Source: Eukaryota sp. GEM-RC1
Taxonomy: Eukaryota
DNA: 64,000 nt
Reading direction: 5' to 3'
Assembly (NCBI GenBank): GCA_040285855.1
Contig: JAUFOQ010000005.1
Location: forward strand, 1,178,001-1,242,000
Positions 26,045-38,692 of the stretch are shown here, one piece after another; position 1 is the first letter of the stretch; each line of letters starts with the position of its first letter. The notes beneath the pieces are model-generated. The model was not told the origin of the DNA and searched no databases. It saw only the letters and a list, made by a program, of their open reading frames with translations. A program made the position numbers and the translations under genes.

Positions 26045-26793
26045 AATTTGAACGGAATTCCTCATTAATAGTAATCAAATACATCATAATTAGTGCTGAT
26101 CTTATACAAAACCATGGAACGCAAATGTTCCGTACCAGGGCGATTTTAGACATACCGTACAAATACCGGTACTGTTCTTTTGACAAACTAAAATAAATTA
26201 TTACTATTTTGAACATGATGATCCAATGTGAGATTTTAACAGTTACCATCGTCATATATTCTACCGATAAACATTGCTCAGGATATCAAAATCGTCATTG
26301 CCACATATATTCAAATTTAGGGAACGTCATTTGCTGACCACAACTTCCACAAAATGACATTTATACGTAAGAAGCTCAGCAATCGCTCGAAATCAACAAT
26401 AGTAGTTTCGTACTCTAATCACAATGCGATTAACGAGTGACTACAACGTAATATAACAATGATAAAGGGGCCCAAAAACCCACAGATTGGATTTCTAAAC
26501 GATGAGATGATGCAGTAGCAATCTGCACTAGTACTGTGTTTGACTAGTGAATGAACTCCACTCAAAAAATAGTATTTGTAAATCCATTTCGATCAGTCAT
26601 AAATAGGCTTTGTATAAAAACAAAAGACATCAGTACGGATAAAATAAATTGGTACGTACCAAAGATTTGCGCACATTGAACAAAACCATCCACAAACCAG
26701 TTTTCTGTCCAAAACGAACAAACACGCAGAAATACATATAAATATTCCATAGCTCTACAACACCATCACGTGATTGATGACGTGATCACCTCC
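26045..26793 (+). repeat. Copy of the Fip1 stop-codon region/3' flank (32927-33101), split by a MITE
   Basis: 26045-26112 and 26679-26793 align by eye to contiguous 32927-33101. Confidence 0.85.
26113..26678. mobile_element. Old hAT-type MITE
   Basis: Imperfect TIR (CATGGAACGCAAATGTTCCGTAC vs CAATGTGCGCAAATCTTTGGTAC). TSD TACAAAAC/AACAAAAC. A single AACAAAAC sits at the empty paralogous site 32988-32995. Confidence 0.75.
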
Positions 26794-26799
26794 TCATTG

Positions 26800-27155
26800 A
26801 CCATGCTGAAGACAAGAAAATTCTTCGATACATGGATTATTTTGAAAAGTTAAACTCTCAACGACACAATGCTTTTGTTTTTCAACCTGTTGGAATTTCC
26901 TTATATGGTAATTTAGATACTGCAGCTAATAACTTCTTATGTTCGTTCAAAAATTTGAGTAATGATTTCGGTATAAAGTTCAACAGTGGTTTTTGGAGAG
27001 ATCGTCTAATAGTTGCTTTATTTCGTTCTATGAACAATTACTTAGATTTTATCTTCAGTTTGTTTGGTGGTGGAGAAGGTTGTGTGATGGGGTAGGTTTA
27101 TCTGTTTCTTTAGTGTAAGTTTATAGAACAAAGTACATTTTTTAAAAAAAAACAA
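26800..27155 (+). mobile_element. 5'-truncated RLE-type non-LTR retrotransposon end
   Basis: HAEDKK..RY..LNSQRHNAFVFQPVGISLYG..FWRDRLIVALFR; A-rich tail near 27144-27152. Confidence 0.65.
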
Positions 27156-27372
27156 ATATTTAGTACTGACAGATATACACTAGCAGTATCCAGACAAAAT
27201 TATTTTTCTCCTATACCTGAACCAAAGTCTAAAAATATTTAAATAATATGATACACAAAAATTAAAAAGTTGAGAATGATCCAATCTTAATCAACTAAAT
27301 GAGTCACTCGAAAACGCGTGGAGTGCAGTCAAATCAGCAGAAACTGATTGACTTCTTCTAGGTTCTTGACCC

Positions 27373-29033
27373 CTAAACCTTCCGTTTGAGGCTAGACGAC
27401 AGATAATCACGTTGTTGTTGTAGAACGTGCTTATCTTTCTCCATTTCTCGTAAAGCTTCCTCTTTCAGCTTTTGTAATCTAACAGAGCTCATCAACGACC
27501 TTGATTTTGACCCATGTGGCTTCGATCCCTGAGATTGACTTTTCATTTCAAAGTTAACTTCAGGTTCCGGATCAGAAACTGACACGTGACTGCCCATTAA
27601 TCGATAATCTTTCATTGCTCTATTAACTTTATCTCTTTCCTTTTCCAAAACCTCCAACTCTGCCTTCAATTCAATCCGTAGTTGAGCAATCTTTCTCTCT
27701 TCTCTCTTGAGTTCGTCACGTTGGTCAGCTAATGATGCCTCTTGGTCCTCAACGTCTCTCTTGGCAATTCTTAGATCATTAACGAGAGTCTCACAATGAC
27801 CATAGTCTCTATTAAGTTTATCTTGCTCTTCTTTAATTTCTTCAGATTTGCGTTTTACTTCCAGTGAGATCTCAGTCATTTTAGCAACGTCTGTGTCGAG
27901 AACAGATCGCTCTTCAGCCAATTCACTCTTCATTTGATTGATTTGATGACGTTCTTTTGATAGAGTTTCTTTAAGAGCGTTCAATTCAGCCTGTTGTTGA
28001 GCCATGGTTACCTTACTATGAGCATAATCATCAATAAGATTCCGATATTCAACTTCCCTTTCTGAATTTGAGTGAATGACCCTCATCAGCTCCTCCCTCG
28101 ATTTGGAAAGTTCCTGACGTTCTGAGTGCATTAAAGAAAGCGACTCCTTGAAACGCGATTCAAACTGTTCAAAACGATCAAAAAGAACGCGCGATTGATC
28201 TTCCGATTGCTTCCGACAATCACTGAGCTCTTCTATTAAACTCTCAGTCAATTTGTTACAATTATCCACCAGCACTGATAATGAGTGCTTTTCTCTAACA
28301 ACCAGAGTTCTCTCACTACTAAGATCTCTGGTTCTGGCTTCTAAATCATTCTCTTTAATAGCCAAGATCCTCTGTTTATCCGCAAGTTGTTGAGATTTAA
28401 CGTCTTCCACTTGAAGAGTGAACGTATCCTGCAATCGATGGATGTCCTTGATTGCAGTAGAGATTTTATCTGTTAACAAATACAATTGGTTGGTAACTTC
28501 TTTGGGGACATTCAAGGTTGTAGTAGATGTGATGTTGGAGGTAGGAGGAGGGGAAGGAACACGATGGTGAGAAGTAGAAGGTTGATGTGATAGAGTTTTT
28601 GCGGGGACAAATTCCTTTGGCTTAGGTTTAGAGTAGTCTTGTGGTTTGAGAGTGGCAGAGGTGGTTGACGTGAAAGTGGGAGGAGGGGATGGGTCTTTTG
28701 ACTTGGTGGTGAGCGAATGTGTTGAAGAAATAGAAGCTGAGGATGAAGCAGACTCAATCTCTTGATCTGTGGAGAAATCTCCTCCAAGCCAATCATCAAT
28801 GTCTTTAACGGGAGATTTAGAAGGTTTAGAATCAAAATTGGTTCCGAGGATATCAAGACCAGGCCGTTGTCCTTTTGACGGCTCAAAGTATATTTAGGTT
28901 TCACATTAGGAAGTGGTGAAGGAGATCCATCGTCATCGCCCAAGATATCATCTAAAACAGGTCTTGCTGAGCTACTGGAATCTGTAGAGGAGCGGAAAGA
29001 ACCCCGCTTTTTGGAATTCAAGGCATTGAACAT
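27373..29033 (-). CDS. Ser/Pro-rich N-terminus plus long coiled-coil protein (possibly centriolar), one -1 frame break near 28870-28900
   Basis: After the break the alternative frame (GQRPGLDILG..KDIDDWLGGD..) runs into ORF 28515-27373; heptad-rich C-terminus. Confidence 0.6.
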
Positions 29034-29339
29034 CAAATTGGATTTTTTTGATGTGGACGATTCTCAATTATTCTGTCCTGGTGATAGTGATCTTGCTCAA
29101 CAACAAAAATCGGATGCTGAGATTGTTCAAACTGATTGGGACGTTCTGACTCAGAAGAAGCGTGAAATGATTGGTATAAAACGTCCTTTTGTTATAAACC
29201 CCTCTTTATGTTTAAAAATGTAAAGTACTCAAGAAATATACTTAAATTTGATAACATACATAAAGCTTTATTCGGTACCCAATAAGGTAACCTTCCTACA
29301 AAACTATGAAATTGTAAAAACCAACAAATTAAACCAGAT

Positions 29340-30200
29340 TAAATCCAAACAACTTCATCACCACCAGGTAAAAGATTACGTTTTTCAACATTAAGCTTCA
29401 CACCAAACTTGTACAATTTCTCAATTAATCTAGAGAAATAGAAAGGCATATTCCTATATACGAAAAACACAATACGGTTTTTCCATTCAGCCATTCTAAA
29501 CTTTCGCTTCTATTCTTTACACAATTCTTCGAAAGCCTTGAAAAATTTATCACCAGCAGGACTAATAGCTCCAAAAAGAGAAACATCAAAAGGTTGAAAC
29601 ACAAATTTGGAATATGAGTTTCTATTTAATTCTTCTACTTGAGAGTCATACTTGGAGTGTTTGAGCTTTTCAGCAGCTGTTAACGGGTTAAAAGAAGAAT
29701 CTAATATCCTACTAACACAAGATTTGTTACATACATCTACTGTAGGAAAATCCATTAATGATTGACTCGATTTAAGCCACGGAGTATGTAGATCCCCTCT
29801 TTTCGATCAGTAAATTCATTTTCTGAAAGATGATTCAAAACCGGTTCAACTTTAGAGTGAAAACCATGTGCTTTAAACATGGAATAAAAAGAATCACGTA
29901 CACCATCATGAATTACTGCACGTAGATGAATAAAATAACGACAATTAATTAAATGACGAAAAACACCATTAGTTCCACAAGAGCAAGTTGAATAGTTTTT
30001 GAAATTTGCAGGCAAAATAGCCAAACGAAGACGCATATTGATCATCCAAGCTTTATCAGATAGATGTAATCCAAACACCTTAGGAATTTGAGAAATAAAT
30101 CCAGAAGTTCCACTATTACATCGGTCAGATAAAAAGGCAGGAAACTCGGGACTATTAGTTTTAGCCAAGCTAATACGATTAATAAAGTCCAAGAGTTCAA
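29340..30200 (-). mobile_element. RLE-type (CRE/R2-like group) non-LTR retrotransposon 3' fragment
   Basis: CSCG..HLINC..HDGVRD knuckle, VEP, RGD-like, TVDVCN, AEKLKHSKY, FQPFDVSLFG, WKNRIVF. Confidence 0.75.
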
Positions 30201-30764
30201 ACTCCTTTTCAATGTATTTTGCAGTTTACATACAGCAGATGGTAGAGATAAAATATTTTTTAAAGGACTCTCAATTGCGAACCAAGTGGGATGTGTTCAG
30301 TTGCAAACAGCCCACGCGTTGTTTGTCCATCGTTAGCAGTAAACTGTCGTATTTCAAAGGAAGTGCCAGTAAGATCAGGTAAACGCATAGAGGTGCGCCT
30401 TGTGTTTATTTGCCTGAAAGTCTAATAACAAATGTTTGTTGATGAGTACCACTCAATGAGCCTTCTCAGATACTCTGTAGTATTCATACTCACCTTTCAG
30501 GGACGGTGAGTAGTACTCGAGTAGTACTCGAGCATTTTCCCATCTCTATTATTAACCAGTCCATTACTATACATTTGTGATCACTATCGCGTTAAAAGCG
30601 ACAAGATTGTAACAAATAATGGCATTGAATAATTGACATGCTCCCTAATGCTCATATATAGTAGCATTTATACTGAGCACAACAGTAGGTCATATTTGAT
30701 GAAGAGTCTCAGGTTGTCCACAAGAATGATTCATGGACATATGAATTAAAAGGATTAACTGACA

Positions 30765-31967
30765 ATGGTTCTAGAGAGTTCGGATGTTCTTGTTTCAAAT
30801 ACATCAATAACCATACCTCTTCCTGAACCATTGTTGAAAAGGAGTCGTTCATCTCCTTCCAGTTCTTCCTCTGTCATGTCTAACTGTGGCGAACTGTCGA
30901 TATTATCTTCATCCACACATCCTCCCTCTAAACGTGTCCACGTTCAGCAGTCTTTGTTGATTCTTATACATGTTAACTTGCTGAGACGTCTTCTCAACTG
31001 TACTCTCGGAAATAATCAGGATGTAACTAATCCTGAACTGAGTGTTTTGAAAAGAGCGTTACCCACATTCTTTGGACAAGTTGGCTACGTGAGTAATCAC
31101 TTCCTTGATTCTTCATTCCAAGCAGTTAAAGTGTTTTTTCCAGTACACACCTTTCATGCTGATCTTAAACACCTTCTCAAACTAATTTCACTTGCTTCTT
31201 TCTTTGGAGTAGATCTACAATCTGTTTTCTTGGACGCTTACGGAACCTTACAAATTGAGAAATTTCTTACTTATTCTGGTATAATTACAGGATTGAGAAT
31301 CGAACTAAGAAAACCCTCTGATTTAGAGTTTCTAAACAATTCTTCTTCTTTATTTCCACGTCTTAAGCAGCTAGAAGTAAAAGTGGCGACACAACGTCTC
31401 TCCGTTTCTATGTTATTGATTGAAGCGTTGAAAACCAATTCTACAATTACCAGTCTTGAACTAAGTAGCAACTATATTGGAGATGAAGGTGTCAGAGCTT
31501 TGGCAGAGGTGTTGAAGGTCAATGCTTCAGTTACAAGTGTTAATCTGCACTACAACTTTATTAAAGTTGAAGGTGCCAGAGCTTTGGCAGAGGTGTTGAA
31601 ACTTAATTCTTCAGTTACAAGTGTTAATCTGAGGACCAACTCTGTTGGAGATGTAGGTGCCAGAGCTTTGGCAGATGCATTGAACGTTAATACTTCAGTT
31701 ACAAGTGTTAATCTGAGGGCCAACTCTATTGGAGATGAAGGTGCCAGAGCTTTGGCAGAGGCGTTGAAAGTTAATGCTTCAATTACAAGTATTGATCTGC
31801 GTTACAACTTTATAGGAGATGAAGGTGCCAGAGCTTTGGCAGAGGCGTTGAAAGTTAATACTTCAGTTACAAGTGTTAATCTGAGGGCCAACTCTATTGG
31901 AGATGAAGGTGCCAGAGCTTTGGCAGAGGCATTCAGAGTTAATCATAGAGTTGAAATAAGACAGTAA
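30765..31967 (+). CDS. RI/NLRC3-type leucine-rich-repeat protein
   Basis: About six 28-aa repeats (VTSVNLxxNSIGDEGARALAEALKVN) encoded by 84-bp tandem units at ~31440-31945. Confidence 0.85.
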   Translation: MVLESSDVLVSNTSITIPLPEPLLKRSRSSPSSSSSVMSNCGELSILSSSTHPPSKRVHVQQSLLILIHVNLLRRLLNCTLGNNQDVTNPELSVLKRALPTFFGQVGYVSNHFLDSSFQAVKVFFPVHTFHADLKHLLKLISLASFFGVDLQSVFLDAYGTLQIEKFLTYSGIITGLRIELRKPSDLEFLNNSSSLFPRLKQLEVKVATQRLSVSMLLIEALKTNSTITSLELSSNYIGDEGVRALAEVLKVNASVTSVNLHYNFIKVEGARALAEVLKLNSSVTSVNLRTNSVGDVGARALADALNVNTSVTSVNLRANSIGDEGARALAEALKVNASITSIDLRYNFIGDEGARALAEALKVNTSVTSVNLRANSIGDEGARALAEAFRVNHRVEIRQ

Positions 31968-33093
31968 TTCTTAATTAATTTTCGGTGAAAATGGTTTATT
32001 TTCGATGACTTCTGGATTAATGTATGAGATTAAATTCATAAATTGTTATGCTTCTGAACATTCAATTTTGATATACTAGTATGTAAAACGGTGTGTTTCT
32101 GACACACATCAGAATCAAAAGTCGAAGTACGCTTGATACATGATAGACTAAATACCTGTCAATCACAGGTAGGTTCTGATTTCTGTAGTTGGAACCCAAC
32201 CAAAACCAATATATTTGAATGAACAGAACCATTGGGTTTTCTACCATCCCCATGTTATTGACCAAAGAAATGAATGTCCCATTCATTATGCCGTTCCTGA
32301 TGCAACAGGTTCTAACAACGTTGCTTTTACGGTGACACTAAAGTTAATTAATATCTGAATTATATTTTTACAAATGCAATTATTTGAGTGATTGACCAAA
32401 ACCCGCTTGTATACCTAGATCTTGTGAAACCACAGATTGTACTAGCTACAAAACTGTCCAGTTTATATTGACCGGCTACCTACCAATTATTGGATATTGG
32501 CCACCTACTGTAATTGTTTTTATTTCAACAGTTTCAAGACCTGAAGTATTTTCGTCTAATATTTTGTTACAAGAAATTGAATGACAAGGACCGACCGTAG
32601 TGAAGTTCATAATTATTTTTTTGAGAGGACAACCAAGGACCAATTGAATCATTAACGCCTATATCAAGGGGAGTTACATTAAATGTATTTATCGTTGACC
32701 AAAATCAAATAAACGTATCGCTTAAAAGGAGAAAAAGTAAAAACTATCGTCCAGCAAGACCAACAACGGATAGATTGTCTTCGGAGTTCAAGAACTCTTT
32801 TTATGAAAGATCAACAGTAGCACAATCAATTACGAAGCAGTATATTCCTTGCCACCGCATGCGGTTAACCTCTCAGGATGATCCCCAAAATATTGCTAGA
32901 AAATTACAATATTGAAAAAAAAACCAAATTTGAACCGCATTCCTCATTTATAGTAATCAAACACATCATAATAAGTGCACATTTCAAAACAAAACCATCA
33001 ACAAACCAGTTATTGTCCAAATCGAACAAACACGCAGAAATACACATAAATATTCCATAGCTCTACAACACCATCACGTGATTGATGACGTGA

Positions 33094-33864
33094 TCACCTC
33101 CGCCTCCTACCCATTCCATAAGAAGGTCTAGAGGGAAAACTAGGAGATTGACCAGGGGGAAGGTCAACGTCATCTGATTGTGGCTGTTGGTAGACCTGGA
33201 TCCTCTCCATTGTTGGCTGAGGTCTAGCTCTCGGTAGTGTCTGGGACACTCTAAAGTTTGCTTGTCGTTGACAGTACAATCGCCACGTTTCTTCCGTAAA
33301 CCCATAGTTAAAATAATCAGAAACGTCAGCACCAGGATTCCTCCAGGCCTTCTCAGGATCCTGGTCAATGTCAAAATCATAGATAGTTTTATGTGATTGT
33401 GGATGTGGTGCTTTTGGAGGTGTGTACTCATCAGGAATTGGAGCGGCAAGAGCATTGGCTATCAGTTCCTTTCCTCTTGTCCATGCAACTTCATCTCCAC
33501 CTTTGTTACTAATGACACGGACTGGAATTGATGTTATGGGAGTCATTGAAGCGCTGTGATCGTGAACTTCACGGGAATGGACATAGGAGCCTTCTTCTGC
33601 TCTCTGTATCGCTCTAGCAACGGTATCTTGCTTGAGAATGATCGTGAAATCGTCTTCATCTGATGATTCATAATATTCAAGTGGTGACTCCGCACCAGAA
33701 CGATCATCTTTTTCTCGAGAGGTCACAGGTCTAGTAACAGTAGGAGTTACAGCAACCAAGGAAGGAGCGGGTTGTTGTGGAGCTTGAGGAGCTAAAGGGG
33801 CTTTTGTAGGAATCTCATGTTGTCCTTCTTCACTGAAAAGTTCAGCGTATAGATCGTCATTCAT
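33094..33864 (-). CDS. FIP1: Pre-mRNA 3'-processing factor Fip1
   Basis: DID..EKAWRNPGADVSDYFNYGFTEETWRLYC; acidic SSDEDDF. Confidence 0.9.
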   Translation of the reverse strand: MNDDLYAELFSEEGQHEIPTKAPLAPQAPQQPAPSLVAVTPTVTRPVTSREKDDRSGAESPLEYYESSDEDDFTIILKQDTVARAIQRAEEGSYVHSREVHDHSASMTPITSIPVRVISNKGGDEVAWTRGKELIANALAAPIPDEYTPPKAPHPQSHKTIYDFDIDQDPEKAWRNPGADVSDYFNYGFTEETWRLYCQRQANFRVSQTLPRARPQPTMERIQVYQQPQSDDVDLPPGQSPSFPSRPSYGMGRRRR

Positions 33865-33930
33865 TATTTGTTTAAGGAAGAAGTTTTGTTGAAGGAACCA
33901 GAATTTGTTGACACTACTTAGACAATAACT

Positions 33931-36900
33931 ATGATACGATTGCTCTTTCTTACACTGGTGTCTGTTGCACTGTGTGGCTCCTTTCAAGCTGCTATTACTG
34001 GGCCTGAATTCAATTCAAGTGTTTATGGAGAAGCTCTTGCCTTTTCATGCCAAAACCCTTCGTCTGACCTATGTTCTGCTTTTTTTCAACATCTGTCACA
34101 TTTACCATCGCTATCTGCTTTCTCATTAAGTCATTTTTCGCAATCTCTTCCATCAGATGTACAAGTTCTTTTCTCCTCCACTCTGTCCACCAGACGTTTA
34201 ATACCACTTGTCTCTTCCTCCACGTCTTTCTACACTTCCAATGGCCAACTCAGTACGTGTTCTATCTATCTTCCTAGTTCTAATACCTTTTCTCCATGTT
34301 CTACTTCTCCCCAGCAACCATTTGACTTGTTTATTGATATCAATGACTATGACCATTACAAATCTCATCTTTCCAGCCTTGTAAATAACCGTCTTCTTCA
34401 ATCCATCAAGTCTATTTGTCTGACCCCCAGTAATGGTGATGATATCTCCGACTTATTGATTGATTTTGGAGTGAGCCTTACTAAAAAGTCACTTGATTAC
34501 AATCAGGTGAGTGATATTTCTCTAACAGAACACCTTCCTTTTTGGGTAAACTCAACCAACGATGGCGTAGACAATATTGAGCTCTTCCCTGAAATAGATT
34601 TGGAAGGTATTAATCACCTTCAATCCGCACTGAATCTCTTGTCTAAAGTCAAACAGACCAATAACACTTTAAAGTCTCTTGATTTCTACCTTTCTAATTT
34701 ACCAAAATACCTTCCAGAAATAGTGACACGTCACCAGTCACGTCATCAATCACGTGAAAGTATTGAACTTCAAGAATTAGTTGCTTCAGTTTCAACAGGT
34801 AATAAAGTTTGGGTAGATGGCATCCCCATTTCTCCTGAATTGACCTCTATTTATGGTTTTTTTGACGTGATTTCTGACCGTTACTTCTTATTAAAATCAG
34901 TTTTTGACGATCTTGGTACTACAGAACTACCTTCCCCAGTATCTTTCCCGTCTTCCTCTTTAGTCTCTTTGCCACTTCAATCAGTCCATTGGCTTAATGA
35001 TGCGAGGTCATTGAAGAGTCATGGAATTTCTACTGATGTACAAGGTGTTTTGAAATCAGATTTGAATTCCAGAATTGTCCCGGTGGCAAGGAATTTAATC
35101 AATCAGTTTTTGATATTCGATCCAATTGAGCATCCTGAATATTTCGTAAATTTTCAAATTTTCTCACAAATTATTAGGTCTGGGTTACCAATGAGAATCG
35201 GCTTTCTTTTCAATTGTAATTCTGATAATTGTCTTGATTTCGCTGCTAAATTCGTTGCTCTATCTAGAATTTCTCTGGAACGAGCGCTTAATCTCGGGGT
35301 CCAAATGTACAAGTTATCTACTCAGGGATTTGATTTGCAAGACAATTATAATATTGTGAATGGGTTTTTTAATTCTGTTCACGTTGCTCCAGGTGATAAA
35401 CTGAAGGTATCAAAAATGACTGACCGACTAAATATTTTAAAATTGTCTTCATCTGTGGGTTATGTTGTGACCAACTCAAGAATTTCAAAGTTATCTGGTC
35501 AATCAAATGTGATTGTATCTCATTTGTCGGATGAATTACAACGACTTCAAGATCTTATTCGATCTGGAACTCTTAGTAACGAAAATGCTGATAGATTTGT
35601 TACATCCTCCTATTTTTTAAATATTTCAAATATTCCAAATACAGTTAATGAAGCTGTCGTTTTTGGCTCTTCTACTGATTCGGTAACTGTCTCTATGGTT
35701 GATTTCAATCAAACTGCCAGTCAATTAATCAGTGATCTCAACTGGATTGGATCTGGTGTTGTCCCAGTCGTCGTTTCAAACCTTCCTTTATCAACAGTTA
35801 TTAACCTTACTAAAAGTGGTGATTTTTCAATCGCTTTTTCTCGTTTTAAATATTTTGGAAATTTTTTTATGAATCTTCTTGGTGACGATTCCAATCTTGT
35901 TTCTCTGTTGGAACATAATTTTGATTTTCTTTCCAGTATTTGGTCTCGCCCTGTGTCGAAAGTTGACTTTTTAAATTATTTCAATGATTTAAATATCAAC
36001 ATTGACAGCTTCGGGGATAAATTAAATTCCTTGTTCGAATCCCCATTACCTCTAATTTCTAAGAAATCATTTGTATTCTCCAATGGAGTTTTATTTGAAA
36101 TTCTTGAAGATATAGCAGAATATGATTTTTCATCTGTATTTGATCTCTTCAAATCATCTTTGAGTTCTTTACCTCAATCAAAGCAGTCTGCAGAAGTCTT
36201 TAGAGCGCTCTGGAAAAGCAGAAATCTATTGAAGAATCGTGAAGATCTAGGCTTTTTATCCAAACACCAATCTCTTTTGATTGAATCTCGTGGAGATTTC
36301 CCTCTCACAATCACCGCAATCATTGATCCTTTTTCCACTCAAGGCAGAATCATTTCTTCGATTTTAAATTACTTTGGATCTTTACATTTTTCCATCATGA
36401 TTTACTACGCTCCAAAATCACATTATTTAACTCAACCAGAAGTGTTTACATCCTATTTCGGTTATTCGACCCCCAATCAAAAAGTGATTAAGTTGCCTAT
36501 GATTCCAAATGAGCTCTACTCAGTCTCAGTTAATACTCCTTACACTTGGATTGCTTATACAGAAAAGGCAAGTCACGATCTTGACAACGTTTTGATTACA
36601 AACAGCTCAATGGTTGCTTTTGCCCAATTTTCACTTGCTTCTTTGGTGATTCATGGTCATTTACTCAATGCACGTGATTATTCAGCTGTTCCAGGAATCT
36701 CTGTTGCTCTGAAACGTGATGAAGACGTCATTTTTGACACGTTGTCCATGGAAAATTTCGGCTACTTCCAATTACAAACTTCTATTTTTGGAAAGTTTTC
36801 AGTGGAACTCGCAAAAAGGATCATGTGATCGATTGCCTGTCATTCCAGACAATCAAGCATTTAAAAGAAATTTCTTCACTCAATGGAGTTCAATCAAAAC

Positions 36901-37898
36901 CAATCATCGACATGTCCTTAGTCATCAACTCTTTTGCTCCACAACCACTTCTTATGGTCATAAAAGAGGGCCAGAAATCTGACAAAAACAGACTTTTTGG
37001 TGGACTTTTCAAGAAAAAGGTGGAAACGAAACCAACCGATGATACCGTCCATGTTTTCTCTTTAGCTTCCGGGTTTACTTATGAACGATTAGTCAAAATA
37101 ATGTCTCTTTCAGTTGTTAAAAGCACCAAACACCCTGTTAAAATCTGGTTATTAGGTACTTACCTATCACCTCAATTCAGATCAGATTTTCCCATTCTTG
37201 CTTCCAATCTAGGGTTCTCATATGAGTTTATTGACTACAGATGGCCTTCGTGGCTTTTGGAACAGTCATCTAAACATCGAGTCATGTGGGCAAACAAGAT
37301 CCTCTTTCTAGACGTTCTCTTTCCACTTTCTGTTGACAGAGTCATGTTCATGGACTCCGATCAAGTAGCTAGAGCAGATGTTAAAGACATTTTCTTCACG
37401 GACATGGGCCAAGCTGTCTATGGTATGACTCCATTCTGTGACGACAGAGAGGACATGAAAGGATATGCCTTCTGGAGGGACGAGAATGGGTGGTGGTATA
37501 GGCATTTGAAGGGAAAAAAGTATCACATATCTGCTCTTTTTGTTGTTAACTTGCAGAAGTTTAGAGAAGTCAAGGCTGGTGACGTGTTGAGATCAGTTTA
37601 TCATCGACTGGCACAGGATCCGAACTCATTGTCGAATCTTGATCAAGATTTACCTAACTTTATGAATGGGGAAGGTTCATTGGAGATCTTTTCTTTACCT
37701 CAAGATACTTTGGCTTGTGATTCGTGGTGTAGTCCGGAATCTATGAAGAAAGCAAAAGTTATAGATCTTTGTAATAATCCTCAAACTAAGGAGAGTAAAA
37801 TAGATTCAGCTTTGAGAGTGATATCAGAGTGGATAACTTTGGATAAGGAAGTTAAACAGTTGGAGGTTGATGTGAATAGATTTAATGAAGAGCTTTAA
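33931..37898 (+). CDS. UGGT: UDP-glucose:glycoprotein glucosyltransferase (one frame break near 36813-36817)
   Basis: Signal peptide, HDLDN, NFGYFQL. GT24 domain VFSLASGFTYERL, KILFLDVLFP, DSDQ, DPNSLSNLDQDLPN, IDLCNNP. C-terminal NEEL. Confidence 0.92.
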
Positions 37899-38692
37899 TA
37901 GTTACTTGATTTCTTCCAGTGAACGTGTGGATATTGTACTATTTTTTTATCTTTTCTTTAATTTAAGTTTTGTTATGTTGATATGTGAGCGTTTTCAAAT
38001 TGATCAAAGACACTATGAGCACATCACAATAAATCTTCTTTCAAAAAAAACACAATATTCACATAGTCTCTTCTGCTCACAAGGAAAGCAAAAATCCTCT
38101 CAGAAAATGAGGTTAGCTTATACGTCACGGTAATCGAAACCGTTCATCTATTTACATTAAGTCCTACATTCGTTACTGATAATATACTTTGGTAGAACTG
38201 TTGAACCATATGCTACTAGTAGCCAAAGCAAAGTTAATCCAAAATCAGTATTGGTACAACTAAATGGGAATCTATTACCTCTACATTTACAATTGTGTGG
38301 TACGGAGTTGTTGTCAGAACCGAGGAATACCAAGGTGACGAAACAATAATAGTATTGTTGCCAAAATCCGGTCTAAAGATGACAAGAAGGTGTTTATAGA
38401 TATCAAGGACAACATAAATCTACATGTCACGTCATCGTGTGTCACTATGACACAACAGGGTTCCCAATTTGCTAAAAACCAACTCTCTTCTGAAAGTCCC
38501 AAAGAGTCCTGTTATGATTGACATGTAGGGAACCTTAGATCGTATTTAATACGACAATACTGGATCTAAACCAGTGTTTTAATGTTGATTGAAAGAACAC
38601 AAAAGGAGTTGGAAACGTGTTTCCACATATTTCCAATATTTCTGAACCAAACCAATTGGAACTTCTTCCCGCCTTTATTTTCTTCTCTTCTG

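Noticed and set aside
36811..36848. Intron explaining the UGGT break
   Set aside because: The 24-nt GT-AG does not fix the frame. 38-nt GC-AG or 47-nt options fall outside the local size range; one missing A is simpler.
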